Shown here: in pieces, positions 1-15,700 of the stretch
Position numbering within the stretch: the stretch's first letter is position 1
Layout of the letters: each line of letters starts with the position of its first letter
Assembly: GCF_009914755.1 (NCBI RefSeq)
Contig: NC_060936.1
Length of the DNA stretch: 64,000 bases
Source of the DNA: the human T2T-CHM13v2.0 reference genome, Homo sapiens
Strand: one strand, 5' to 3'
Made by a program: the position numbers and the translations under genes
The notes under the pieces: model-generated
What the model saw: the letters and a program-made list of their open reading frames with translations, nothing else
What the model was told of the DNA's origin: nothing
Databases searched by the model: none

Positions 1-966
1 ACAAATCTCTTATCCTGGAATTCATGGCCCACCATAATTTAGCTAATCAAACTCATCTACAAGCATCCCCCTAAGCATATACTCCTACTGTCCACTACTG
101 TTTGCATGCTCCTGAATTATGTTAGTTACCATAGTGCCCTACTAACTAGTTCTTCTTATAAAATGAACTCACCCTCCTTTCTTACCAAAACTATTCTAAA
201 ACAGAGGGGTTAACAAGGGACTCCTTTCTTCTTTGCCTTTTTCTGATATTTTTAAATCCTCAACAGTCAATACATATTTTGTACGCAGGAAGTGTTCAGA
301 GAAAATAAACAAACTTTTCAAACCAGAACTACAAAGTAAAATTATCTCAATGCATAAAGCCAACCTAGTAACCCTCAATAATATATCCTATTTTTCTTGC
401 TAGAGATTATTTGCTGTACACATTTGGATATTAACTTTAAAACTTAACCTGTATAAACTGTGGCTCTAATGTAAAGACTCAATAGTTAATAAACTGATTT
501 TATTTTGGTTCTTTTAAGTGCATGGTCTAATTTATTAATGGTAAGCTGAAGTGGATACTATATATAGCTAATATGGTTATCAGAAAGTGCTTAATCTTAG
601 TACATTAACAAACTTACTCCATTTCCTAGAAACCCAATCTGTTTTTCAAACCAAAATGCACTATTTTAGGAGCAGCTGGTTAGTTCCAGTACTACCAATT
701 CAGTAATCTTATAAGTTAAATTATTTTTGTGAACTGATAGAGAACCCCCAGTTACCATCTACAACACTGCATTAGTAAGAAAGTGGCAAATGATCAAAAA
801 AGTAACTTGGGGGGAGCCCAAAACATATTTTCCTTTCCCTCAGCCATCATTCAGCTTACAGAAAGAAGAAATGAATGATCCAGAGATATTATCCTATTCT
901 CCAGAATCTTCAGTGACTTGATTTCAATATAAAACAGGACAAATACTCCAATTTAAGAAAAAAAAT

Positions 967-1315
<349 letters not shown>

Positions 1316-1354
1316 CTATCAAAAGGTCTGTGCCAAGCCCCGCAACTTAATAAC

Positions 1355-1490
1355 CCACAGTCAAATCTCAGAGCCTCTTATCCTCAGATTCCTTAACAGC
1401 AAAATGGGAAATAATCATAATACCAACCTTGTCTACTGCATAAGATCACTGAGAAGCAAATGATATAATAATGTAAAATGTTTTGAAAAC
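1355..1490 (+). mobile_element. MIR fragment
   Basis: Degenerate MIR core cctcagattcc...aaaatgggaaataatcataataccaacct. Confidence 0.6.
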
Positions 1491-2529
1491 TTCGAAATTC
1501 TTCACAAATATCAATTAAAATATTATGAAGTAATATTCTTAAGTCAAATGCTCACCAATTTTAAGTATTCATCTATTACCAAATAAATTCACCTAGTAGG
1601 AAAACTAAAGTGATGAGGATTAGAAAGGAAAGAATTATCCTCAATAATATCAATTTTCTAAGTCTGGGTTTTTACACATCTTGTTTTTTTTTAAAGTAGG
1701 ACACACAAAACTCTACAGAAACAATTTCAGTGAATTAAGTGTCTGAATACCTACACCTTTTCTTAAAGATCTCCAGGGAGAGAAATTCCACAGCTCCCTT
1801 GGTATTTTTCACTCTGGATCTGAACAACTCAAATAAAGTATAAACACGTAGCTTTCATTCCTTTCATCTGATATAAAGAAAAGAAAATATGCCCAGTTAG
1901 TTTAAAATGGAATAACTCTAGATAGAAAATTCTATTCTGCAACAAGTTTTATGTCAGGTAAAGACAGAATATCCAATGTATAACAGATCTAAGCTTTTTC
2001 TCTTTTATTCACATATCCTCCTGAAAGGGCGAAAACATCCATTGCCTAGCCCCGCCTCACCAAAAAAAGCCTATCTGGTTTCCTAATTTTCATAATGGAA
2101 TGCTAACTTTGACACTTGCTAATCCAGAATATAAAACGTATAGTCTTCTCTTCCTTTCATACCATAGAACATCAGCACTTTATGTACTTGTCAAATGTTA
2201 ATGTTAAACTCCAGCAAAAGCAAATACTGAGACAACTGATGCTAGAGAGAACTTAAGGCCCTTTTAACTATTTTTGTCAAGATCCATCCTAGTGTTCTTT
2301 TGGAAGAGCTAAATGTAATACTGTTGAACTATATTACCTTAATTTGTCATAAAATGTATTGATTACCTGACTATTTAAGATTATGCCTTAGGCTCTCACT
2401 AAGGGCCAATATAGGAAACAAGTAATTAAAAAAAAATTTATTCTGGTTTCCAACACTGTCCAATAGGTTTTTCAATATATCTTTTAATATAATATCCTTT
2501 TATAGCACTCGCTGTCTGTGGCATTTCAT

Positions 2530-2700
2530 TGACAATTCATGCATTATAATTTATTGAAATTCTTATTTGCTTGTCTATCACTTACCCTGCACAGTATACT
2601 CAAGAGCAGGAATGTCTTGTTCAACATTATTTCTCAAATGCTAAGCAAAGGGCCTGCACATAATAGAGCTCAATAATCATTTGCCTAATGAATAAATCAT
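2530..2700 (+). mobile_element. L2 3' end
   Basis: gggcctgcacataatagagctcaataatcatttgcctaatgaat resembles the L2 terminus. Confidence 0.6.
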
Positions 2701-4281
2701 TTATTGTAATTTGTTTCCAAGATATATGTTCAGTCCAAAATAGAAAATAATCTCCTTACAAGAAAACACACGCCTTTTGTTTATCTTCTTCACTCTGGCT
2801 GCGACTATGCCTCACTCAGAGAAGGGACTCAATAAATACTTGATGATGACAATAACCATTATGATAGTGGTAGTGGTAGGAAGAAAAATTAACCTAATCA
2901 AAACAACATATATCATATTGTTCATAATATCTTCATATTGCATTGTTCATTAAAATCAAATATAAAATTAAGTGATTACATGTTGAGATTATAGATATTT
3001 TCTTCTTTATTTTCTGTTTTCTAACATTAGTTAGGGAATATTAGTTGTGCTTCCACACACCAGTAAGCCCAAAATAAATCAGTTCCTTATGTAAACAAAA
3101 TCTAGTAGACTATAGTAATTCATCTAAGAAAAACGAATCTCCTTCTGTAGAATAGTTACACTTCAGAAACCTAAAAGCCCACTGCCTTTTGTTCCTTTTG
3201 TCTAAGATTTCAGATAACTTTCCTCTGTTTCTCCCTGCTGAGGACAACTGCCTCCAGAATTGGACTCTATCTCTCTAAACCTGCCGGGTGCTTGGATGAA
3301 GATAAGAAGAAAACGGGGAGCCAAGAGTGACAACGATCTCCCACCCTGTAGAGGATACACCTGCCACTCCAGTGCTCAGTGAGTGTTTGCCACGGCCCTG
3401 CCCTAATTCCAACTCCAGTTTTAGTTCATAGCTAACAAAGCAATTGTCCCTGACAAGCAAGCTTGGCTTTACACTACATCCTATGGCAGACATACATGCA
3501 CATGCACACACACAAAAAAATTCTCCTATTTACATGAAACAATGTTTATTGCAATCCAAGATGCTTTGATCCCATAAGCAGTCCAATCACTCAGTGAAGA
3601 TAAAAACCTAAAAAAGAAATTCCTTTACATATGTCTATCAAGATAAACTCCCCCCACTCAATTTGAGCATTTGGGTTGTACTCTAGATAGGTTTCATTTT
3701 CCAGAATCATAGTGTTTGAAAAGTATACATCTTTATGGTCTAATATGGACAATGTTAGAGTCCAGAAGTACAGGTAGATGAAGAGATGAATCTGACACCT
3801 GGAAATATTCACTCTGGTTCCCAGATTCAAGGAGCCTCAAGCAGTGAACAACTGCTCAACACCAACCACAGGATGCCAAAGTAGACCAGTGAGAATGAAA
3901 ACAGTGGATGCTTTTCATCACTTTGCTGAGTACTTGAAACCATAGCTATTATTTATATGATACTGAATAGAAACATACTTACAGCATTGTTGTGTGTAAA
4001 CATGTTGACTATCCATATAAGCAATTTTTAAAGACCATGTTTTAGAAACATATCTACCAATTAAGATTCTGGATTTATATTAACTCAAAAAGAAGCATCT
4101 TATGTAAAAATATCCCTTCTTTTTTTAGTATCAAAAGGATTTTCTTTCTGAACCCTTCGGCTCAAATTACAGTACATTGCAAGAACAAAATTCTTAGTAC
4201 ATTAGACAGTAAAAGTAAATGTTAAGATCAGAAGGACACTGTTTCTCTCCTTGTCACAATAAGGACCAAATCCTTAGTTCA

Positions 4282-4654
<373 letters not shown>

Positions 4655-5393
4655 TCATTCATTTTGCCAAAACTATATGGCACTATAGCAATAAACAAGG
4701 CCACAATGATCCCAGTCCTAAAAAGCTCACATTCAAGTGTCCTCCAGACAAACCGGTCAATTAGTGTGCCTCCACAAACACTTATTCAACAAATATTTAA
4801 TGGACAGATTCAATACTGGGCAGTTTCAGACACTAGGGACATAGCAGTAAAAAAAGGGGGCAAGATTTTTTGCCTTTACAAAGGTCACAACCTAGTGAAT
4901 GAAAGAATATACCCGTCCCTTGTACTTTTATGCTATGTTCATGCCATTTCGCTCTCTCCTCCCTCCCTCCTCTATACTTTCCCTCCTCCTTAGTATCCTT
5001 CTTACCATACTCTACTTACACCATAGCTCAGACAACATGTTAGACGTTAACTAGACTTCTGATGAAGTCTCCCTTACATGATAAAATACACTGAGACTCA
5101 AGCAGGAGTTAAATCTGGCATGTGTGTAGGCATGGGCGTGGGGGAGGTGGAGAGCCAGAAAAGTGTAGAAAATCAAGGAGGATTAAGAGATTCTGGGCAG
5201 GTTTCTAAGGCCAAGGCAAAGTGCCAATACAGGAAATCAGTGACTGGATTTGAGGTATAGTTGAGAATTTCATCATACAAGCAAGACAGAAGGCCAGTTA
5301 TCAGACTGAGACACAAAGTTAATACAGAATCATTAGCAATGGTACTTGATATCAAGAAAGCAGCTCCTAATTAGAGCTATTAAAATTCCCCTA

Positions 5394-5736
<343 letters not shown>

Positions 5737-8471
5737 CTAAGTTGAGCCTTTTAGCAGGAGTGAAATATTCCCAGCAATGGAATTAAAAGAAATTCAGGGG
5801 CCCAGAGTCAGAAACATTATATTGAGCCCCCAAATTATCTGAGAAAAAAAAGTCTTTATAATTGTAATAACCAATGGGTATGATTTCCCTTCTCCTGCTC
5901 AGGAGGTAGAGGAGATGGGCCTGAGAAGTTATACCCCGACAGTGAAGATATTAATAATGATGATGTTGGTCATGATAAAAATAGTAGGAAAATTAATTGT
6001 AATAACAGTAATAATTGTAATGCCTCTTTATATTTATCAGTCACATAACACCTTAAAAATACCTTTGAATCCACTATCTCATTGCATTATCATAAAATCC
6101 TATGAGAAAGGCAAGGCAAGAACCATTACTTTCCTAACAACATCAACAATATTAGTTGCATCATTTCAGTTACATTATGGTAAAAGGGGCAATTGTGGGA
6201 TAACCATCATTTATTTATAGCTCTGTGGCTTAAAGAAATGTGACTCAGGCAGCAACTAGATCCTTCAGAAATTAGGATATCTCTTTGAGCTGCAAATCCA
6301 GGGCTGAACAAGAGACTCTGGACAGGGCCACAGCAGGAAGACATGCACCACCCCTACCACCCCTGTCCCCTGCAACATGCCAAAGTAATTTTGCTTTGTT
6401 TAGAAACATTTATGTGTCTCCGAAACATTATCAAGAAAATTCCGAGATGTTTCTTGTTACTTTTAAAAAGATTTTTTAATAAAGCCAAAATTAAGTAAAA
6501 TTGTAAGAATGCTACTAGTAATGCATCATAATCATAGAAATCAAAGCTGGTATGAAAATGGAAGATCTCGATGAAGCTCTGTAGAATGACAAGGTCTTTG
6601 TGTCTTTTTCAGAATTCCTTCTTGATAGCTTCAAATAGCTCCTACTACAGTTGAGACTGGACAAATCGTAAGACCTGTAAATGCTATTGCTTTTACCATT
6701 ATACAGATAAGGCATAACTAATACTACAGTACAATCCAGGGACAAAAGCATAAGTCGCATCAGATTCAGTGGATATATTTCCATTTGAGGGAGACCTTGG
6801 ATGCTCATTTCCATCTTATGTATGTTACAAAGTGGCTAAAAGATAACACGTAATAAAAACTCTAATGCAAGCACATCTTGAACGTATTTCTAGTGATCAA
6901 AATAATGATATATATAATACATGAACTATACTCGTTCAATCTCATTCAAATCTGCCCACTTCCTCTCTCATGCTCACTCCAGAAGCTCTGTTTAAACTCG
7001 AATATGGTGTTAAATAAATTCCACTCCTGAATTTTATTAATTTGATACTTTCATACTACCAATAAACCATATTTTTTAAAAGCCAAATTTAAACAAAATC
7101 ATGTAAACATTAAGTAACAATGAGGGCAATTACTGTTTCCAGAGGGTCACTCATGCAAGGAAAGGGACAGCTGGGTATTTCATCTTATACCTGAGGAGGT
7201 GAAAGAAAGGCCAGAGCCAATGGTTCACCCACCAGGCCACCATCTGGCTTGGGACCAAACAGAACAACAGAGCCTGGCAAAACAGTCACTGTGCTGTGCC
7301 TCCAACTGGGCATCAGCTTTATCCCAATGGACACTCTTTGGGTTCACAGTTTCACACCATTCTCCTTGGCATGAATTCTCTCTGTCCCAAGGAAGGTGAG
7401 GAGAAGATTCTGTCACACTAAGTGTTGGCCTGACCTCAATTAAGACACTTGTTCCATTTGGAAAAAAAAAAAAAAGAGTTTAAATGACTCTTGTTCTATA
7501 AACTCCAAGAATCCAGAACTCAAACCAAAACTGTAAGCAGAGGAAGGAAAAGATGGAGCTGGCAGAGGTCATGAGCTTGGCAGGAAAGGGAAAAGCAGGA
7601 ATGGAAATCTTGAATCTCTTCACACGACACCATTTTAAATTTGAAATACAGGGGGAAAAACAAGAAGGATGAGTCACATAATAACATATTCTTGTTTTAT
7701 TTAGTAGCTGATCTGAGGATTTAGTAGTTGGCATGGCTTGAAAGCAAGTGAGGAATAAGTGAATAGCTATTCATCCTTAGACCCTGTCCAAACAGAGCAA
7801 CAGTCATATACGCCACCATAGATAAAGAGATCCAGAGAACTCTCAAACCCTTTTTCCATAATTGGAAATTATTTTTCCTTCTTTGAACACCCAACTTCAT
7901 GTGTTCCAAGTAAATAGTCCACAAGATTTCACTAAAAATGTGAATGAAATTTGTGAAAGAAACCAACAAAAAAGTCTCTACCATATTAGCTTACAAAATT
8001 AGAACAACAATATTAGCTCTCTTTTTCCCCCAAGTGTTAGAGACAGGAATGTGGACTGGCTGAGCAATGTGTGCTGTGATATTGTGATGTGACAAGGCCA
8101 ATGCAATCATTAAGCTCCCTGGGCATTTCTGCCACCTGGTTACTTTCTACTCCACTTCTCCAAGGTAGAAAGGGAAGCAGTGCTGCTTCCCCTCTGAAGC
8201 CTAAACCTTGCGACTGCAAATCAAGATACCACCTTGGCCTGATGTGCGCATACCCAGAATGCTGTCCAGTGGTCAGGTCAGCTTGATCCTAGTGGTTAGA
8301 GATGTCAGGAGAGAAGCTGAATACAGATTACATCTACCAAAGGTGAGTATAGATGACATCACTCATCTAGAGGCACACTTTCAGAGCCTCTGCAGTCTAT
8401 CAGCCAATTCCTTCTGTTTTCAAGTTGTTGGAAAATCAAGTTCTCCTTGACACTTGAAAGTATTCATCTTG

Positions 8472-8824
8472 AGATTACAGACATGAGCTGCTGCACCCAG
8501 CCTTTGCTTTTTTCTTGACATGAAATCTTACATGCAAAACCTATATATTCAACAGATTAAAACTGAGATACTGTTGTTGGAGGAGAAAAGGGGCAAGGTA
8601 AGCTGAACTCCTGAAACTCTGGCTTTCCCCCTTTCCCACCAAGATGAGCTTCTGACATCTCAGAAGGACCACTGATTTTCGAGCAATCTCTCTGAGCCTG
8701 TTTCTTTCATATGTAAAATAAAGATGTTGTCACTGGGTTGTTGCAGGTATTGCATGAAATGATAAACTTAGTAAAGGATTTAGCACAAAAAGCAAATGTA
8801 AAGCACTAAATGTATCCAAAAAAA
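8472..8824 (+). other. Probable L1-mobilised (TPRT) insertion of non-autonomous genomic/transcript sequence
   Basis: Identical 16-bp direct repeats gaaagtattcatcttg at 8456-8471 and 8825-8840; A7 run just before the second copy; interior is a mosaic of old repeat scraps. Confidence 0.7.
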
Positions 8825-10576
8825 GAAAGTATTCATCTTGGAACCACCTGAAGCAGTGATCTCTTTCTATGGGTTCCCTCCTCGGCAAATCCTTAAACTG
8901 GTCTCTTTATCCTAAGTACCCAAACCCACACCTCCACTCAAAAATTTAGCTTTCTCTCCACCCTCGTCCCTTCCTGTCTGCTGCCATTCAAAAGTCTTCC
9001 CCCAATGATTCCTTCCTGTCCCTACATTAACTCTTTACTCTGTAGTTTTGCTCCATTTCTTAAATAATTCTATATTCTTTCACCTTTATCTCACCCTCCC
9101 AGAGTTAAACATACAGAGCTTCCTATCGCAACTTGCCTCTCAGAATTGTACACTTTCCAGAACTGATTTGTATTTTGATTGCTCCTTCCCCACCTAGATA
9201 GGATTACTCTTATATCTTCCTATAATTCTGAAGCAGCTCTAATCACATCTTCCCTCTGTATAAAGATATAACACCATTTTACTTGGCAACAGTTGTAGTC
9301 TGACTTAACTTACTAAACTGTTGATTGATTTATTCAATCATTTATGGAGTTTTTCCTGTAGCCAGTTACTTAGGAAAAAATGTTGCTAAATATTCAGTCT
9401 AGCAGCAAGTAACAGGTGAAACTGTAGAGCCTACAAAGAAATTAAGTATCATGAGTCTGACCACATTAGCAAAGTAGTCTAGACAACAGGGTTCTACCAG
9501 AAAGAGATAACAATGAAATAAATGGACATATTTCTTCTTTGTCTTCAATTATATGTTCTACCAAGAAATTCAAATAGAATTTGGGACAGAAAAATATAAG
9601 TAAATTTGCCAGTATCAAACCAAAAACAAATGAAAAATGTATTTCTTAATTATTCTTATATCAGAACCAAATAAACAAACACAATAAGAAAACTATGGTT
9701 TCATATTGGCAGAAAAACTTTAAAGGCTCTATATAGTTACCTTTGATCCACTTTTTTTCATAAGCATGCAACCAGTATTAAAAAGCATGGTTCATCTATA
9801 TAGAATTTACCCAATCAACAACTATTTAGGACAATATATTAGATACTAGCATACTTCGTTAATACATTGTACCTTATATTTTTTCAAAAATCATACAACA
9901 GTATCCTGACAGCCTTCACTTCACAGACATTCATTTAGCTCACTATTTCTTATTTACGTAGGAAGAAATTTGGAACATGACAGATCTATATTTTAAAACA
10001 CATATATTTCTATCTTCAGAAAAAGATACAGTCAAACCCCTAAACTACAGGACTAACAGAACGTCTAACATAAGAGTGCACTTAAAATGTGTTTTCTTTT
10101 AATTCTGTGTGATAAGAAAATAATTCAGAAAACAGCATTGACCAGCCTTGGGAGACTAGAGTCTACAGTCATCATAATAACATCATTTTAGTCTTTTGGA
10201 AAATAAAAACCTTTCAGTTGAATCATCTTGAAATACAAATTAAGTATTACCCAATCTACACCCCTTAAATGCCATTCATGTTAGTTTTCATCCATAAGCT
10301 CCAAGTGGATAATGATCATATCTCATAAATTTTATGTCCCTAGTAACTGTAATAGAAACCTAGAAATATTTATTAAATCAAGCTACAAAATGGAGAGACT
10401 GAATAAAATGATTTCTAAAATTGTTACCATTTTAAATACCCTCAAAACAGTGGTGTAGAGTGAAATGTTCTTGACAAGAAACTTGGTGGAAGCTGATTCT
10501 ATCCAAAATTAAACTTTCCTTCAGATTGCATATTAATAACAAAGAGGTAAAGGTATTTATTTAAGATGAAGAGATG

Positions 10577-10912
<336 letters not shown>

Positions 10913-11020
10913 TCAAGCCTCATCAGTAACAAGTCACACTGACATTACATGCCCCCTAATGTGATGCAACAGGAAATGCAGACCATCATTTATGCAGTAC
11001 TCTTGTAATACTGTTTAACC

Positions 11021-11526
11021 TGTGCATTAGTTATTTACTGCTCTGTAATAAATTCCTCAAAACTTAGCAGCTTAGAAGAACAATAGCGTAAGGTACTAGC
11101 TCTCACAGTTTCTTTGCATCAAGAATTCTGACAGATCTCAGCTGGAACAGCTATCTGCTCCTCATGCCTACTCAACTGGAAAACTCAAAAGCCAGCGGTT
11201 GGAATCATCTGAAGGCCTATTCACTGTCAGCTTGAGACCTTAGCTGGAGTTGTGTAACATCTTCACACCGCCTAGGCTTCCTCACAGTGTGATGACTAAG
11301 TCCCCAGTGCCAGCATACCAGGAAAGAGTGAGCCAGTCTTAAGTCACATAGCATGACTTCTACCTTACTTCATTGGTCACCTGTCAGTCACATGCCCTTG
11401 TCCACATCCAAGGAGAGCAAAGACCCCACCTCTCAGCTGCAGGAATGTCAGTCACATTTTTAAAAAGGATGTGAGATAGGCCAAGTATCTTAGTGTAGCT
11501 AGTTTTGAAAGATACAATCTGCCACA
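11021..11526 (-). mobile_element. MLT1-family MaLR solo LTR
   Basis: tgtgcattagttatttactgct...aaacttagcagcttag...tctcacagttt...aatctgccaca. Confidence 0.7.
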
Positions 11527-11649
11527 ACCTGAATCTAATCATGAAGAAACAAGACAAATCTATAACGTAGAACATTCAACAAGACAACTGGCCTGAACTC
11601 CAAAAAATCAATTTCACAAAGACAAAAAGAGGTGGGGTACATTCCAGAT

Positions 11650-11815
11650 CTCTCCAATAGAACTTTCCATGGTCGTGCTGTTCAACAGAGTATCCATTAG
11701 CCACATATGACCATTGAGCACTTGAAATGTTGCTGGTATGTAAGGAACTGAATTAAAGTTTAATCAATTTCAATTTCACATGTGGCTAGTGGCTACCATA
11801 CTGTACAGCACTGGT
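11650..11815. mobile_element. MER3/MER33-like hAT MITE
   Basis: tagccacatatgaccattgagcacttgaaatgt...cacatgtggctagtggctaccata. Confidence 0.75.
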
Positions 11816-12774
11816 ACAGATTAAAGAAGGCCTGTCAGAGACAAGATAACTAAACGCAACACATTGGCCTTGATTAGATCCTAGCTTAAACAAACAAAAG
11901 AGCTATGAAGGCAATTTTCATATGATTGCAGAAATTTGAAAATAGACTGTATAGCTGATAATATTCAATGAGTGCTAAATTTTTTCAGTATGAAAGTGAT
12001 ATAGTGGTTATGTAGGAGAATGTCCTTGTTCTTAGGAGATATATAATCAGTGATGAAGTGCCTTAATGTCTGCGGCCTACTAACAAATGGTTGGAGGCAG
12101 GGAAATATACATACATGTATACAAGGGGGCAGGGAAGAACACATTCAAATACTGTAAAATGCTAATAATCAGTGAATGGGGAGGAAGCATATATGTTCAC
12201 TGTACTATTCAATGCACTCCAGCCTGGATTCTGGATTCTTCTACAGATTTTTTTTTAAAATTTTTTAATTAAAAGATGCAGGGGAATTAAACTTTCTCCC
12301 TTCTCCAATACTTCTTATATAAACCATATTATCAAAATTAGCTTATGTGTTAATATTTCATAATATGGTATTGTTATATCCCCTATGTTTTCTTTTGGAT
12401 TTCATAATTGCCAACAGAGTGCTATAATACACTAAAAATGCCTCAAAAAACATGTTTTGATTAACTGACTAATTTTAAAAGGAACATCTATTAATTCAAT
12501 TGGGAAGCTGAATAGTTTCTTGCCAAATAAATGTATATTATGCTTTGAAGGCAACAATTAGCTATACTTCCATAATTTTGATCTGATTCAACACAACTAA
12601 TTTTATGCAATAAAAAAATTATAATGACCATCTACTGTATTTAATATTTATCCATTAAGAAAGATACTAGCACTGACAAATTAAACCTTTATACACTAAA
12701 AAGTCTTCAGTCTCTTAAACTTCAGTAGGAAAAACAGAATTCCAATTGTGTTTTCATTATAAAATTATGGTTAC

Positions 12775-15700
12775 AGATAGACCATATGTTAGGTCACAAA
12801 ACAAGTGTCTAAACATTCAGAAAACTTGAAATAGTATCAAGCATCTTCCCTGACCACAAAGGAATAAAACTAGAAATCAATAACAAGAGAAATTTTGGAA
12901 AATATACTAGTACAAGGAAATTAAACAATATGCTCACGAATGACCACTGGGTCAATGAAGAAACTAAGAAGGAAATTGAAGAATTTCTTGAAACAAATGA
13001 TAATGGAAACACAACATACCAAAACCTATGTGAAACAGCAAAAGCAGTACTAACAGGAAAGTTTATAGCTATAAGTGCCTACATCAAAAAAGAAGAAAAA
13101 CTTCAAATAACCCAACAATGCATCTTAAAGAACTAGAAAAGCAAGAGCAAACCAAACCCAAAATTCATAGAAAAAAGGAAATGATAAAGATCAGAGCAGA
13201 AATAAGAGAAATTAAAAAGAAGAAAATATAAAAAAAATCAATGAAACTAAAAGTTGGTTTTCTAAATAAACAAAATTGATGAACCTTTAGCCATACTAAG
13301 AAAGAAAGAAAGATCTAAGTAAATAAAATCAGAGATGAAAAAGTAGACATTACAGCTGATACCACAGAAATTCAAAGGATCATTAGTGGCTACTATGAGC
13401 AACTATATGCCAATAAACTGGAAAATCTAGAAGAAATGGACAAATTCCTAGACACACACAACCTACTAAGATTGAACTATGAAGAAATCCAAAACCTGAA
13501 CAGACCAAAAATAAGTAATAAAATTGAAGGTGTAATAAAAAATCTCCCAGTAAAATAAAAGCCCAAGACCCAATGGCTTCACTGCTAAATTCTACAAAAC
13601 ATTTAAAGAAGAATTAATACGAATCCTACTCAAACTATTCTGAAAACATAGAGGAGAGGGTAATACTTCCAAACTCATTCTATAAGCCCAGTATTACCCT
13701 GATAACAGAACCAAAGACATACCAAAAAGGGAAACTATGAGCCATATCTCCAATAAATATTGATGCACAAATCCTCAAACAAATACCAGCAAACCGAATT
13801 CAATAATACCTTTAAAAGATCATTCATCATAACCAGGTGGGATAAATCCCACCAATACAAGAATGGTTCAACATAAACAAATCCATCAATGTGACACATC
13901 CCATCAACAGAATGAAGGACAAAAACCATATAATCATATCAATTGATGCCAAAAATGCATTTGATTAAATTTAACATCCCTTCATGATAAAAACCCTCAA
14001 AAAGCTGGGAACAGAAAGAATATACCTTAACATAATAAAAGCCATATATGACAGTCCCACAACTAGTATCATATTGAATGGGGAAAACCTGATAAGCCTT
14101 TCCTCTAAGATCTGGCACACAGGAAGTATGCCCACTTTCACCATTATTATTCAATGCAGTACTCCTAGCTAGAGCAATCAGACAAGAGAAAGAAAGAAAG
14201 GGCATCCAAATTGGAAAAGAAAAACCCAAATTATCCTTGTCTGCAGATGATATGATCTTATATTTGGAAAAACCTAAAGACACCACATCAAAAACTATTA
14301 AAACTGATAAATTCATTAAAGTTGCAGTATATATAATCAAATTACAAAAATCAGTAGCATTTCTACATGCCAACAGACAACAATCTGAAAAAGAAAAAAA
14401 AAGTAATCCCATTTACAACAGCCACACATAAAATTAAATACCTAGGAATTAACTAAAGAAGTGAAGAATCTCTATCATGAAAACTATAAAACACTGATGA
14501 AAGAAATTCAAGAGGACACCAAAAAATGGAAAATATTCTATGTTCATGGATTGAAAGAATCAATATTGTTAAAATTTCCATACTTCCCAAAGCAATCTAC
14601 AGATTCAATGAAATCCCTGTCAAAATATCCATGACATTCTTCACAGAAATAGAAAAAACAATCCTAAAATTTATATGGACCCACAAAAGACCCAGTATAC
14701 CCAAAGCTATCCTAATCAAAAAGAACAAAACTGGAAGAATCACATTACCTGATTTCAAATTATACTATGGAGCTATAGTAACCAAAAAGGCATGGAACTG
14801 GAATAAAAACAGACACATAGACCAATAGAAAAGAATAGAGAACCCAGAAACAAATCCACACATCTACAGTCGACTCATTTTCAACAAAGGTGCCAAGAAC
14901 ATACACTGGGGAAAAGACAGACTCTTCAATAAATGGCGCTGGGAAAACTGGATATCCATATCCAGAAGAAGGAAACTAGACCCCTATCTCTCGCCACATC
15001 CAAAAATCAAAGCTAAATAGATTAAAGACTTCAATCTAAGACCTCAAACTATGAAACTACTACAAGAAAACATTGGGGAAACTCTCCAGGACACTGAACT
15101 AGGTGAAAATTTCTTGAGTAATACCTCACGAGAACAGGCAACCAAAACGAAAAGGGACAAATGGGATCATATCAAGTTAAAAACCTTCTGAATAGCAAAT
15201 GAAACAACAAAGTGAAGAGACAACCCACAGAATCAGAGAAAATATATTTGCAAACTATCCATCTGAAAAGAGATTAATAATCAGAATATATATAGAGCTC
15301 AAACAACTCTACAAGAAAACATCTAATAATCCATTCAAAAAATGGGCAAAATATTTGAATAGAAATTTCTCAAAGGAAGACATACAAATGGCAAACAGGC
15401 ATACGAAAAGGTGCTCAACATCACTGATCATCAGAGAAATGCAAATTAAAACTACAATAAGATATCATCTCATGCTAGTTAAGATGGCTTTTATCCAAAA
15501 GACAGACAATAACAAATGCCGACAAGGATGTAGAGAAAAGGGAACCCTCATACACTGTTGGTGGCGATGTAAATTACTGCAACCGCTATGCAGAACAGTT
15601 TGGCGGTGCCTCAAAAAACTAAAAGGAGAGCTACATTATGATCCAGCAATCGCGCTGCTAGGTATAGACCCAAAAGAAAGGAAATCAGTATATCAAAGGG

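Noticed and set aside
12775-13500. Similarity to 59325-60360 as a possible segmental duplication
   Set aside because: Both are independent L1 ORF2 copies; the flanks are unrelated
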